From: Octopus sinensis
Lineage: Eukaryota
Assembly: GCF_006345805.1 (NCBI RefSeq)
Contig: NW_021825323.1
Coordinates: 1,178,001 to 1,242,000, forward strand
Length of the DNA stretch: 64,000 nucleotides
Direction: 5' to 3'
In this document: positions 41,107 through 53,790 of the stretch, one piece after another
Layout: each line of letters starts with the position of its first letter
How positions within the stretch are numbered: position 1 is the first letter of the stretch
The notes under the pieces: generated by a model
The model's input: the letters and a program-made list of their open reading frames with translations, nothing else
What the model was told of the DNA's origin: nothing
The model's database searches: none
Program-made: the position numbers and the translations under genes

Positions 41107-41306
41107 ATCAGATCAATACTAAATTTGAAAAATAATAGTTAATCAAAATTCTCTCTGACGTCTTAACGTAGTATCGTCAAATTACTTTTTTTACTTTCAT
41201 TTCGGAGACTATCAAAGTCCTAAAGTACGAAAATTGACAGTTATTTTTATTTTTCAGTTTTTTAAACAGAAATTGATTAGGATAAAGTTAGTCTTAAAAG
41301 TAAGTA

Positions 41307-42935
41307 TTATATATCTTTAAGCCCAGGTAAATGAAACGGAGTTATAAATTCCGTAACCCTTTTTCTGACTGCCCTTATTTGGTCATTTGACTTAATTGCC
41401 TCAACAAATGAGGTCAATTTTTCTTAAAAATAAGCTAACAAATTTCTCAACTGTGAGAACGAGACACTTGTGAACCAATTGCTAAAATTTCGTCCAAAAA
41501 TTCAGCAATAGTAGCCATATGGTCAGCATTCAGCCCCCTCGACGTAATAGCCGGAGTCCCTTTCCAATAATTATACAAATTACCTATTCTTATTCCTCCC
41601 GGAACAGTAGGATTCGTGTCATAAGGACATGTGTTTTTGTTCAGTGCTATTCCTGCTTCCTCACATGCTATCTGAGCCCGATTTCCATTGAACCCTTTGG
41701 AACGAAGATCCAAAAGCATCACGTGGTTATCAGTCCCACCTAAAATAACCACATTTCACACAACCAGTCAAAATGGTGTATTTCCGACTAATTAATTGGT
41801 TAGCTAATTCACTGGCATTTTGCAAAACTTGCTGCTGGTACTCTCTGAATTGGGGCGTGGAAGCCTCTTTGAAGGCTACTGCCAGAGCTGCTATGACATG
41901 CATGTGAGGACCCCCTTGGAAGCCAGGGAACACCGACGAATCAACAGCAGGAGAAATATCTTTCCGTGAAAAAATAATCCCTGAACTACACTGTGACCAT
42001 AAATCGTAACCGAGGACCCCTGAGTGTCTTGTGGGTTGTAGAAGTGACTACATCGGCATAAGGGAATGGACTAGGAATGACCTTGGCAGCAATCAGTCCT
42101 GAAATATGTGCCATGTCAACCATCAAATATGCCCCGACATCATCACAAATCTATCGATAGAGACAGAAATGACTGTTCGGAAACGAGCAAAGTCCATTAA
42201 ACGTGAATAACAGGATGCCCCAGCCACAATAACTCGAGGACGAAACAGTCTGGCATTAGTTGCCAGTTCCTCGTAGTCAATTAACATTGTTTGTGACTAA
42301 ATCTTTAAATAAGTTGATTTACATTAAGTCTATAAGGCATTGACTCAAAAAATAAAGAAGAGGCAGAAATCCTTTTTTTTGAGGTCATAAATCCGTGTGT
42401 CAGACTCAAGAATTACACAAATATTTAAACTGTCCGCCATGGGTCAGTTCCAGTCCCATAATACGTTCACCTGGCTTCATAAGAGCAGCATAGGCCTCCA
42501 GATTAGCAGGACTTCCGGAGAGTGCTTGGACATTGACACCCCACTCTGAGGAATCAAGTCCAAACACAGATAAGGCTCTTTCCTGACAAATCCGTTCGAT
42601 TGAATCCGCGACACAAGTCCCACCATAATATCTGCGGTTATGAAAATTAGCTTACCTTGCCCCGGGATATCCCTCGGCGTATTTGTTGGTCAGACATGAA
42701 GCACTTGCCTCACAAATTGCTTGACTGCAGAGATTCTTAGTTATAAGAGATTTTGACAACAAACTTCAGATGCTGTTAGACAAATTGTTTCTCTTAAACG
42801 GGCCTTCTCTTCGAGTATGAGTTGGTACATTTCTGGGTCGGTTTTGTTTACGGATTCGGTCCCGGATACAGTTAAACATCTCTTTAGAGAAAATTTTGGA
42901 TTTATCTTTTTTAGTTGAGAGGCTAACCGCAGCAT
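41307..42935 (-). CDS. SHMT: Serine hydroxymethyltransferase with probable mitochondrial transit peptide
   Basis: LTASE|[12 protein letters not shown]|[28 protein letters not shown] (PLP Lys), [24 protein letters not shown]|TPAITSRG; last exon ends FHLPGLKDI. Confidence 0.97.
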
Positions 42936-43482
42936 AACTGTCTATTTATTTTTTAAAATTAACACATTTGAAATATATTTTATTCATTTAAGAATTAATA
43001 ATTTATTTCCGATTTATAAATTTGTAACAGGGGATGGTTGGTCTTCCATAAATATGTGTGATTTTATTTTCTTCGCATAGTTGATTCATCAGTTGATTTT
43101 GAATTCCAATCGGTTTGTAGAATTTGACAATATCCAATTTTATAAAAAAAATTTATATGTATTTCTACCTTCTAAAAGTAAATGTTAAGTCTTACCAAAA
43201 ACAGATTTATTTTTTAAAAATTTGCAGACTACGAATTTGCTGTTATCCTAAATTGATTTGTTTTTTTATAAGTTTGTATTTTTCAGATTTAGATGTAGTT
43301 GGTACGAGTTTTTTTAAGTATTACATTTATTAGATTTTGGTATTCACTGTGATTTTCACGTAACCTAAGGATTGAGACTATACTGATATACAACATATTT
43401 TGGAAGATACCATCTTTTAATTAAAATGACGCTGAACCTTTTTTTATGATAAATTATTTTCGTTTTTACTTACACTATGTAA

Positions 43483-44393
43483 AAGTCCTTCACAAGACTC
43501 TCTTTAGCAGCCTGGACAACCCGCACATTGACGTATCGTCGTCATCTACGTGGCTGAAATATGGGAATAACTCTCCCCGATCAGAAGGGTTGTTCTCATA
43601 TTTGCAGGATAGAAACTTTTTTAATGGTCAACGGAAACAGTGTAACCACTGTAAGAGTAAGGCAATGACCGTTGACCATTTAGCCACGAAGTGCGGGAGT
43701 ATGCTTTACCATGATTACACATGGAGGCATAACGAGGTGGTGAGGTCCCTCCATCTTTTGCTCTGCAATAAGTACGGCTTGAGGCGGTCCAGAAAGTTGC
43801 GAACCCATCGAGTTCAATCGGTGTGTGAGAACTCGCGGGTGTGCATTAAGGTGGATACCCCCATACGCACCTCGATTGTTGTCCAGCACAACAGACCCGA
43901 CATTGTGGTCCACGATAAGGTCACCGGGGAGATTGTTATCGTGGAGGTGGGCATCACGTGCCTAGACCGTTTGCAGATAGTGGAAGTGGAGAAAAGGAGG
44001 AAGTATGACCTCCTTGCAAACGAGCTAGGACTGATGCACCAGTGCAAAGTCCATGTCATCCCGTGTGTGATGACATGGGATGGACTGGTCACCAAATACC
44101 ACAAGCGGTACTTAAGACAGTTGGATGTAGATAAGTCTCTACAGGCTTATATACAGTCAACTGTTCTTAAGAGGACTCTGGAGAGTGTCTCGTTTGATGC
44201 TCGCCGATCCAGCCCTTTCCTGACGTTTAGTCAGCAAGAGGCGCTGGACTGCACCTTCTCGAAGGTCTACAGTGCCAGAGAAGAGGAGGAAGAAGGGGAG
44301 GAGGTGCGTGGAGTGCCGCCTTCTGCTCACTTCGAAGGCTCTGGACTTAGTTAGTAAAATTACTTAGTTAATTAGTTTCTTTCTTAATAAAAA
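43483..44393 (+). mobile_element. 5'-truncated R4/Dong-like RLE retroelement with 11-bp TSD
   Basis: CCHC (CNHC..TVDHLATKC), RHNEVV, RPDIVVHD..EVGIT..KRRKY, open frame to 44354; ACACTATGTAA at 43472-43482 and 44394-44404. Confidence 0.92.
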
Positions 44394-45531
44394 ACACTAT
44401 GTAATAAAATGGATTGCCTATTGAATGTCAAACTATTTAGGTCACCCTGTCAACAGTGAAGTTCGCTCTGGTCGCCAGCGTGAGGCGCGACTTATTACTT
44501 TAAAGATTACTGAAATTTTTAAAAATTCAAACTTGTAATTTTTTAAATACTTTTGATCGGCTTTATTATTTCAACAAATTATTTAAAATTTTAAAAATAA
44601 AAATTTTATTAAGCTATCAATGAAACATAAATATAAGGAGATTATGATTGTTTTTTATACATTTAGTTTTTGCTAGAATGCTAAAATGGAATTTGATGTT
44701 GAGGGTTGTATAACAAATAAACAAGTCCCAGTGCTATGCCGATTAGCGTAAACACGGCAATACATATATACCATTTAATTGAGTAGTTCCAAATCAATTC
44801 TTAAACATTAATACAAATAACCACCATTCTGTTCTGGATTATATACAATATATGCATTTTCAGAGTAGTATGTCACGCCAAAAGTAGGACACTCGATGGA
44901 ACATTGATACATTCCAGTCAATGTTTGGTTTTTGTGAGCTAATTTTGTATGAATTGTGAGTATGCTATAATATAAACAAGAAATATATAAACCCAGAGTT
45001 TGGGGAGTCAATTGTAACGTTATAAACATCGGTGGAATTTATTGGCACAGAATTGAAGAGAAATCGGAAATTGCATTTCTTCAAAATGGCTTCGTTGACA
45101 TATCCAATACATTTGAAAACCTTATTAGAATTTTGTGACAACGACATTGACTTAAAAGTACGAACAAAATTAACATGATCTACAACATTAGTTCAAATAA
45201 ATCAACTCTGATAGATCAATCTGGCCGAAGAGTGAATGTTAGGCTCATCCTCGAGATCTGTTTGGCAAGTGACCGATCCTGAAGAATTTTGCCCTTTGAG
45301 GAGAAGTATTTGACCGCGGTAAGCTTTTGTGTTGAAAATTAATGTCAATTTACCTTGTTTGACTCCATTCACTCTCCAAATAATTGTCGATTTCACTAAT
45401 TTTCCATCTGTGACGTTTATAAATTGACATTTAAATGAACAGCTGGACAATTTATCGGCCAACAAACAATCCTGCATTGAATCTGGATGTATGGTAAACA
45501 CTTTAGAGTTATATTCTACTAAAGCATTTAT

Positions 45532-47793
45532 TGTCACAGGTTTTATTTTGGACCAGGTTTTATTTTGGACCGAGAAAAAAAATCAATAATAAAAATTTTA
45601 TTCCACTAAAAATATATTAGTTAATGTTAAATTATACTTTTATATAGTTTTTCTTTGATTTCATTTGTTTTTTAAAAAATGGAAGAATGCACAAACCAAC
45701 CAATCAACAAATTGATAATTACCGCGTTGCCGTTACGATATTTATTTAAAAATTGGTCTTCCATTCCAAAAAAATTAAAAACTAAATATAATTCTATTAA
45801 TTAAAAATTTAAAAATATAACCCTAACAATATACATTCTAATAAAGCCCTAACACCCAAAATCTAATCTAAAACACCCTAATTTTAATTTAATTTTAAAA
45901 CCCCTATTTGCAATAGTTGTCCGAACCATAAAAAAACTTAATTTAATTTAATTATAAAAATCTTAATCTAAAACTAACAAAATTTCAATCCTAACCCTAA
46001 ACATTTCAACCTTAACCCTAAACAAAATTTCAACCCTAACCCTAAACATTTTAACCTTAACCCTAAACAAAATTTCAACCCTAACCCTAAACATTTTAAC
46101 CTTAACCCTAAACAAAATTTCAACCCTAACCCTAAACATTTTAACCTTAACCCTAAACAAAATTTCAACCCTAACCCTAAACATTTTAACCTTAACCCTA
46201 AACAAAATTTCAACCCTAACCCTAAACATTTTAACCTTAACCCTAAACAAAATTTCAACCCTAACCCTAAACATTTTAACCTTAACCCTAAACAAAATTT
46301 CAACCCTAACCCTAAACATTTTAACCTTAACCCTAACAAAATTTTAACCCTAACACTAAAATCCTAATTTAAGCTAAAGTTATGTTTTCTTATTAGTAAC
46401 AAAAAGTAAAAATTACAATTTTTTTAACCTAGATATGTGTACATTTTTAATTAATTCTCCTTTTGATAGTGTATAATTCTGTTCTTCCTTTTCAACAATC
46501 CAAAACTTTTCAGAGACAACGTTATCATAAAGAGGATATTTTCTTGTTGATACATTTGTATCAAAGTCAGGTTTCAATATCACCTGATCACCGATATTTA
46601 TTTCCTCTTCATCGAATTTCCACCTTCTTTTTCTCTTCATATTTTCTCCAGCTTTTTGTATGTTCTCTAACACTTCTTTTCTCATTTCCCTGATATTTTG
46701 AGTTCTGTTTTCATGTATGAAATTATCATTTTCTTCTGCATTTCTCCTCCCTCGAAAGCAATCATGGAATTTATTTCTGTTTCTAATATGGGTTCGTTTT
46801 TTATTATTCCCATAAAAACATTGAATGAAATTTTTCGTTGTGGAATGATGCGTTGTGTTATAATCATATACAATACTTTGGAGAATGTTAAAATATTCCC
46901 CAAATCTCCCATTGGATTGCTTGTTGAAGATATCCATCTTTTGATTGATTGATTAAATCTTTATATAAAAAATTAGTTACCTTTCTACTTGTCCTTGAAT
47001 CCACGGGCATCGTGGTCTGCCGAATACTCGCTTGATGTTGAATTTTCCAGCAAGTTCCTCCATCTTTGAATTTTTGAACTCCAATCCATTGTCTGTATGT
47101 AGAATGACTGGAGGTCCGTATGTGTAAAAAATCTTCAAAAAAAGTTGAGAAATTTCCTCAGCAGATTTTGTTTTAGATAATTCGACTACAGCAAATTTTG
47201 AAAATGAATCGATTAAGACGAGCAACTTAAATATAAATAAAGTTTAAACCCATGAATATGAATCGTTTATTTTAGAATATCTCCTTAGATCTACGAGATC
47301 CGCGAGATATCTATCTCGAGGTCTTTTCGCAATAATTGGAGTAATACTAGGCTTCGTACACATAAAATTTTTTGACTATTTGTAAATGAAAAATATTACC
47401 TGGCACTCAACACATGATTTAATTACATCGCAGATTTCAGAACGTTTGACGCAGTAAATTTTATTTCTTAATAGGCTTAACATCCGATCACGCCCAAAAT
47501 GATTTTCATTATGTAATAGCTTTAAATTCAATATATTAGCTTACTTGGATAGTTTTTAGCTTAAGTTCTCTCTCTTCCGAACAAAAAAACGAAGATTTTT
47601 GTTATTCTTTACAAAATATGCCTTTTCGTCAACAAAATTAAAAAATTTTGCGATTTTTTTAAGGCGATACTTTTTTCTTTTGTCCATATTGGAATCAATT
47701 AATATACTATTCTTAATATCACTGATTATTTTCAATTCTTCTTGTTAAATCTACTAGAACCATTATGCACGCTTTAATTAATTAAATAAATAT
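45532..47793 (-). mobile_element. Ginger/TDD-like (retroviral-integrase-type) DNA transposon with four micro-introns
   Basis: Spliced HNENHFGRD...CVECQ (H2C2), YLADLVDL, LIDSFSKF, LHTDNGLEF...QGQVER|FNQ (D35E). Introns 47520-47544, 47376-47399, 47226-47249, 46959-46980. CATTTATTGT flanks both ends; frameshifts near 46900 and 47590. Confidence 0.85.
45976..46335. repeat. 8 x 45-bp satellite containing CCCTAA (TTAGGG) hexamers
   Basis: Unit AACAAAATTTCAACCCTAACCCTAAACATTTTAACCTTAACCCTA; copies 2-8 look identical; degenerate CCCTAA motifs continue on both sides. Confidence 0.95.
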
Positions 47794-49050
47794 CATTTAT
47801 TGTACTTAAATGTTGCAATCCTATCCTCAAATGTACACATTATTAAATCTTTAAAAGTTGAATATTTTATATCCGATTCTTTACTAGCACTATAAAACTG
47901 ACAATACCTAATTCCACTGAAAAAACACGAGTGAAAATTTTGGTAAAATGTGTGTATGCCATCTGGTGAAGGAAACTGCTGAATGTTGTCCATAACTGAA
48001 ATCTTTTAAATAACGGCACCGGATTCCATATTAAGTGTATACACAGGAGATGCGGACATTTGATTGATGCTATTCATTACAAAGCAATTGAAGGTTACAG
48101 ATGACCGATTTTGGAAGTCTATTTTACTCATAAATAATATCCTTAAATATTCCACAAAATCAACCTTTTTTGATTTTCGTGGATCGGAAACAAGGAAAGT
48201 TCACATTGCATTCAAATACGAAATCGACTGATTTGGGAATATCTATTATTTTGATTGCAATTGAGCCTCCGTCACGAACAGAGAAAACTGAACTTGGCCT
48301 AAACTTGATTTCTATTTATATTTTATAACACGAACCTGTATACGGATAAAATCTGGGTCCAAGCAAAGTACTGCATTTGTTTTTGACAATGCAGAAGTAC
48401 GGAATGGTGTCCATCTGTATTGTCTGCCTATTACTGAAGTTGAATAACTGTACGTTTCAACGTCACCAAAAATAGGACACAATATTTGGTTTTCTAGTCG
48501 ACGATTTGACCAAACATCCGTGATTTCAGAATTAGAAAACCTGAGAGGAACACAATCTAATGTATTTGACTTAAAATTAATTACTACTAGAGTCTGAAAA
48601 CACTGAATATAATAATAATAACAAAAACGACATTTTTAAGGGCACGTTAAAATACTTTAATAAATAAAATTTGACGGAAGGAAGGAAAACCGAAGCATTT
48701 TTAATAAGATGGAAATTCTTTTTCTCAAAAGTGATAGGAAACTCACTTTGTTTTAACAAATATATTAAATAAGATTCCAATACTGGCAGATCCACTTTAT
48801 ATTGTGTCCAATAATGTTTGTAACAGACTTTCCAGCATTTCTTTCTATTGTTGCTATTTTTGGATATTTATTTCTGCCAAGTTTATTATTAAATAAAAGA
48901 CTGAATATACTTGAATTTTAATGGTGTTTTTTATGATTAAAAAAGAATGAATAATAATTTTTTATACAAAATATTTAAACAAAGTTTAATATAAATAAAA
49001 TTTTGTCTTAATATAAGCAACGTGGGTTTCTTGTAGTCGCTTTAACTAAA

Positions 49051-51250
49051 ATGACTAAAAGTAAAAAAAAGAAGACCGAAAACAGAAAAATTAAAATTAA
49101 ACTGGGACGGAAATTGCCCAAAAATGTCAACGAAACTAAAGGAACATTCAAAACAGCTAAAATTGTTCTGAAACAGCAATATTCAGAAGACCTTGTTCCC
49201 TCAGATAGACTATTGGTACTTTTTTTCACACAGAAAAATAGGCCTTGCTTGGAAGAATCAAACATCCGAACGCCCGACAGAGAGCAGTAGCAATACAAAG
49301 ATTTGACGAATTTTTGAGCGACCTGTCCATTACTGAAACAAGCATGATCCACGTCAACATAAATAAAATTATTGAATCATTTTTTCCCGCCATTTTTGAT
49401 GAAGATTTTATTGTTCGAAGACAATTTCGAAAAACGTTGGCTAACCTAATTAAAGTCATAAATTTGGCTCCATTTTTCAAAAGCGTCGAGAATTTTCTGG
49501 AATGTTCTTTGTCCCACGTGTGTTTAGACATCAAACTTGAAACTCTTTTAGTTTTCGATTTATTTTTATCCCAGCAATGGCCCGGGGAGAAAATAAGTAA
49601 TTTTTATCTAATTTAAATATATAGACTGCCAGATTTTTAGTCTCCTCGTTTATTTGGTGGACATTCGACCTCCAAACCAGGATTGTGCCAACATTCTATC
49701 CATAATAACCAAATATATTCAAGTTTTCTGCAATATTTCTACTCGTCCTCAACAAAACAATAACTGGAATATTTTTTCTGGTTCCATTGATCACTACAGG
49801 TTGGTATTTGTACTATTTTAGTCTTCTAAATGGGTCATTATTCGAGACCAAGTCTGTTCTATCAGTGGAGCAGGTCTTTTGTGATTTGGCATCAGTTTTG
49901 GTGAGGAAATGGCATGAGAAAAGTCCCCAGGACTTGGATGAGGACATTGGTTTGTTTTAACACTTATTTATACAGACGCCTCCTCTGATTATGGCCTTTT
50001 TCTTACACAAATGTTGTCTCTGTTGGATTCTATGCTTGTTCTGTCTGTGGAGAATGTTTCCAGTCGTTGGGTGTTGATTATTTTTAAAGGATTTTCATCA
50101 CTGCTTGATAAATTTCCTTTAAAGTCCATCAAAGATGACAGAATTGCTGTATTTGGCAAGTTTTAGTACATTTAGAATTCTTGTATTGTCAAAATCAATT
50201 TGTCTTGGTGTCGAATATTGACTGTTTATTCGGAAAACTGTTTTAAAGAATTATATCCTCAAATTATATTTTATTTGAATAAATTGTGGAGAGAACACTT
50301 TCGAGTGTTGGGGGATACACAATTGGCTACACTCCTCACTGTTTCCTCTCCTTTTTTGTCATCAAACAGAGGTATTTTATTTGTAATGATTGGCAGAGTT
50401 GGCTGAGAGTGTCATTTCCTCAGTTTTGGATATTAAAGTACTCAGAAATCCACGTAGACGTAAATTTGTGTTTTTATTTTTTAATTATTTGAATCCTCAA
50501 CAACTAATTTGGTACTCATATTGATTAGAATGTAGTTTGGACAAATTTGTGGAATTATTTCCGCCAATACTGCTAGTGATTTGTCAAGATTCCGAGGGAG
50601 TGTTGGCAGTGAGAGTATTGGAGTCGATGTTAGTCTCGGCTAATATGGCTATTCCTAATTTCAGTAGTAGTCTGACCTCTGTCATTATAGATATGCTTGG
50701 TTTGTGTGTGTTGGAGTATTATTGTAGTTTCTGATAAAATGAGTTCTTTCTTGGCCAAAGCTGATGATAAATGTTGCAGATTGTTGGCTAATTTGTTTGT
50801 TGCTCTTGATTTAGCAGATCTAACATCATTGTTCCCCCATTTGGTGGACATATATTTACTGTTCCCTCCAAATGTATTACGTTTTTTGATGTCAGCCACA
50901 TATGAACGATGTTTGAATACAATTTATTTAAGTCAGTATTATTCTTTGTTACTGTCTTTATTGTTGGGTTGTTTAAAGTGGTGTATTTACTATTAGGTGT
51001 ACCTCGTGGGTCTTTGTGTTTGTACACCAACGAGTCCTTCCGTGAAAGGGTGATTGAGACTACAAAGTGGAGAAATGTTGTTGTTGAAAGCATTAATTGT
51101 GTGTCGGGGAGTATTGATTTCGGTGATCTCTGTAGACGTAAAATCACGGAGTTGAAGGTAGTTGGTCGATATTGTTTTTTAAGGATGAGTATTCGGTTAT
51201 TGCTGATTCTGAAAGCATTTTGTTGGAAAGTCTGTGAATTATTGGAATGA
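49051..51250 (+). CDS. TEX10: TEX10/Ipi1 (Rix1 complex)
   Basis: KIKIKLGRKLPKNVNETKGTFKTAKIVLKQQ, LGRIKHPNARQRAVAI, VRRQFRK, FLECSLSHVCLDIKLETLLVFDLFL match the Ipi1_N region. Confidence 0.8.
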
Positions 51251-51659
51251 CTATTTTATTGGTGCCGGGAAATTCAATTTTTATATCTTGCATAATAAAT
51301 GTCTAATCAACAAATTCCATTAGATTTTTTTATTTAACATGCCATCATTTTCATATTTCTGCCTAAAAAATAAATTAGTAAATATGATCTTACATGTTGA
51401 CCTACAAAGTGAAAGTTCATTAATTTCCAAATTAAGTCACTTAAGTAGATAATTTAAAATAAGTAGAGGTGGAAAAACTGCATAAATGTTGACATTCTAT
51501 CCAGTCAATTAATATTCGACTGATTGCAATTAATAAGACATTTTAGTTGTTGTTCAAACAACTATACTAATTTGAGTCATTTATAATCCAATAATTAGCG
51601 ATTTTTTTGTAAAAGTCAATTTATTGAAGGAAAAAAGTCATTGAACAAAATTTCATTTT

Positions 51660-52050
51660 TAAAATTTTCAACAAATGTTTGATTGGATTGAGGTCTGGTG
51701 ATTGACTTGGCCATTCCAAAACATTTATTTTGTTCTTTAGTAATCATTCAACAGTATTTTTGATTTATATTTAGGGTCTTTATCTTGCTAAAATGTCCAT
51801 TGTTGTGTTAAATTTAATTTAGCAACCGAAGGAAACAGGCATTCTTCCAGGATTTTTGAATATTTGAGCGAATTTATTATTTCAGCTATTACAAATAATT
51901 GTAGATGAAAAACGGCCCCACACCATGACACTTCCTCCCCCGTGCTTTATGCTGGGTATGATGAGTTATATACCTGATTGAATTCATGCTAAATTGAAGG
52001 CTTGTAGTTCAGTCTGAAAAGTTGTAGTCTCCATTCCTTATCCAATCTTC
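51660..52050 (-). mobile_element. Tc1-like transposase remnant
   Basis: PSIKHGGGSVMVWGRFS, KYSKILEECLFPS, QDKDPK and [14 protein letters not shown], with stops. Confidence 0.8.
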
Positions 52051-52059
52051 AGCCCATAC

Positions 52060-53350
52060 GTGCGATTTTCGTGATTTCAGTTTTAGTTGTATTCACAATA
52101 AGAAACCATTTCCCAAGCTGTGCTGTGGCAACATCGAGTAACCGCCTCAAGGCTACTGTATCATGTAATACAAAGTCCACATCGTCAGCGTATACAATTT
52201 CGGTGATAAAAGAGTCTAAGATCACTCAGTGGCGCCTCCAAGTATATCCCAAAAATGGGAAAAAATTTATAGATGACGTACTCCCAATTTGTACTATCAG
52301 TTCCGTGTTTGACAGTAGAACTTGTATCAACCTGACGCAGTCCCCGTCGAGGAATCCCCGCAAAACACCAATAAGTTTTCTTCGGCGAATTATATCGAAA
52401 GTTCTCGACATTTTGATCTCCAGAATTGTGGTCGCACTCTTTGGCATGTAGCACAGCGCCACCTATGCCCCCAGTCCACATCGGCAGTAGATCTATCCGT
52501 CCTGAACCACTGTGGTTCAAAGACAGGAATACGCTTGCAGGCTCTTGTAAATAGTCCATCACCACCAGAGCAAGGACTTTTCTCAACGTATTGAGTAGAA
52601 TGACAGGACGTAAGTAATCCACAGGACCCGTCTTCTTATTTGGTCTTTGAATTGGGACCAGAATTTCTTTGCCGAAAGGAAGAAGGTTGTTAGTTGCGAA
52701 CATTCTGCTTAGTACTTTGACCACGCTTTTCATTAGTATTTTAGGGCCGTATTTCAGTAACTCAGACTTATACCCTCCGACCCTGGAGATCGATTGCTCT
52801 TCAGTCTTTCCATTGCTTTAGTGACTTCTTTCACCGTGATTTCATTTGTCAAGTTTGCTGGGTTAGTAGTGATTAGGTCCACCTTTTCCAGTCAACATTA
52901 AATAGTCACTCAAAATAAGTAGCAATAAGTTCGGCTCATTTCGAAGCATCAAAAATCATATTTCCGTTGTTGTTCTCGATCTTTAGTTTATTCGTTTACT
53001 TCCCCCTCTTAAGCAGCCTCATTGTTAAGAACATCTGCCCACAACCCTTTAGATCCTCCACTTTTTTGCCCTGTCTTCCAAAACGTTTGCAGTGTGTTCG
53101 TTGTTTAACTTTTTGATCAGATTCTGTATCCTGCTACGTTTTGATTTTAAAAATATTTCCTGACGGTATCCGTTGTGTTCTCTAACGATAGTCAAAGATC
53201 TTTCTATTTATTGCAGGGACATTTGTCTTTACATGTGCATTTACAGCCGCCGCCCAATGTGAATTCTTTGTTTTGCATGCGTCCAGATGACTCCTTTATT
53301 GCTTATAGATAATGTTTTGTAGAATATTGATGGATTTTTCTGGTGGCATG
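52060..53350 (-). mobile_element. RTE-like LINE RT remnant
   Basis: LVPIQRPNKKTGPVDYLRPVILLNTLRKVLALV, MSRTFDIIRR, VYADD-like segment (tatacgctgacgat on minus strand); same family as 35210-36620. Confidence 0.75.
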
Positions 53351-53499
53351 TGAAGAGGATAATCGCTCAACTAGGTATGCCGTTTGTTTGGCATGATAAA
53401 ATTTAGCATCTGAAGTGCGTACAAAACGACTTGTATTATCGAACAGGGCAATGAGCTCACTTTCCAAGATGGCCCCTCCGTAATAGTGTTCTGTCTTTC

Positions 53500-53790
53500 T
53501 GTCTACAAAACAAGGAATGCTTAATACTCGTTACAAACCATACATTCTTCCAACATTGGACTACGCAACTCCATCATGAGCGCTTCTCTTGTCAAAAAAA
53601 CTCCTTCAGAAGTTACAATCAATCCAAAACCAAGCACTCAAAATCACTACAAGTTGTATGAAGTCTACTCCGAACGACCATATGCATCAGAAAACCAAAC
53701 TTGTAGACCATTTCGACATCTGTGGGACCCAATTCTTCGCTTCAGCGAGTATGATCAAAAACAACCCAAGATGTGAGGATATAATTCAGT
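53500..53790 (+). mobile_element. LINE (I/Jockey) post-RT fragment
   Basis: YKPYILPTLDYA..KLQSIQNQALKITTSCMKSTPNDHMH is typical of the region after a LINE RT domain. Confidence 0.65.

Larger units (their letters stand above)
44673..48633 (-). pseudogene. Ig-domain type I membrane protein paralog 2, interrupted by an integrase element
   Basis: MSFLLLLLYSVFSDS|CVPL; MQDCLLADKLSSCSFKCQF, SVTCQTDLEDEPNIHSSARLI and TGMYQCSIEC align with paralog 1; TM YICIAVFTLIGIALGLVYLLY. Split at 45535-47793. Confidence 0.7.

Noticed and set aside
45976-46335. Satellite read as a CRISPR array or a true chromosome end
   Set aside because: No unique spacers and the context is eukaryotic; it is not pure (TTAGGG)n and genic sequence continues on both sides.
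45963-46339. Two repetitive ORFs (MFRVRVEILFRVKVK / LGLRLKC)
   Set aside because: Translation of the 45-bp satellite; no evidence of coding function.
53380-53470. Possible second Tc1/Tc3 fragment
   Set aside because: Similarity too weak and short to support.
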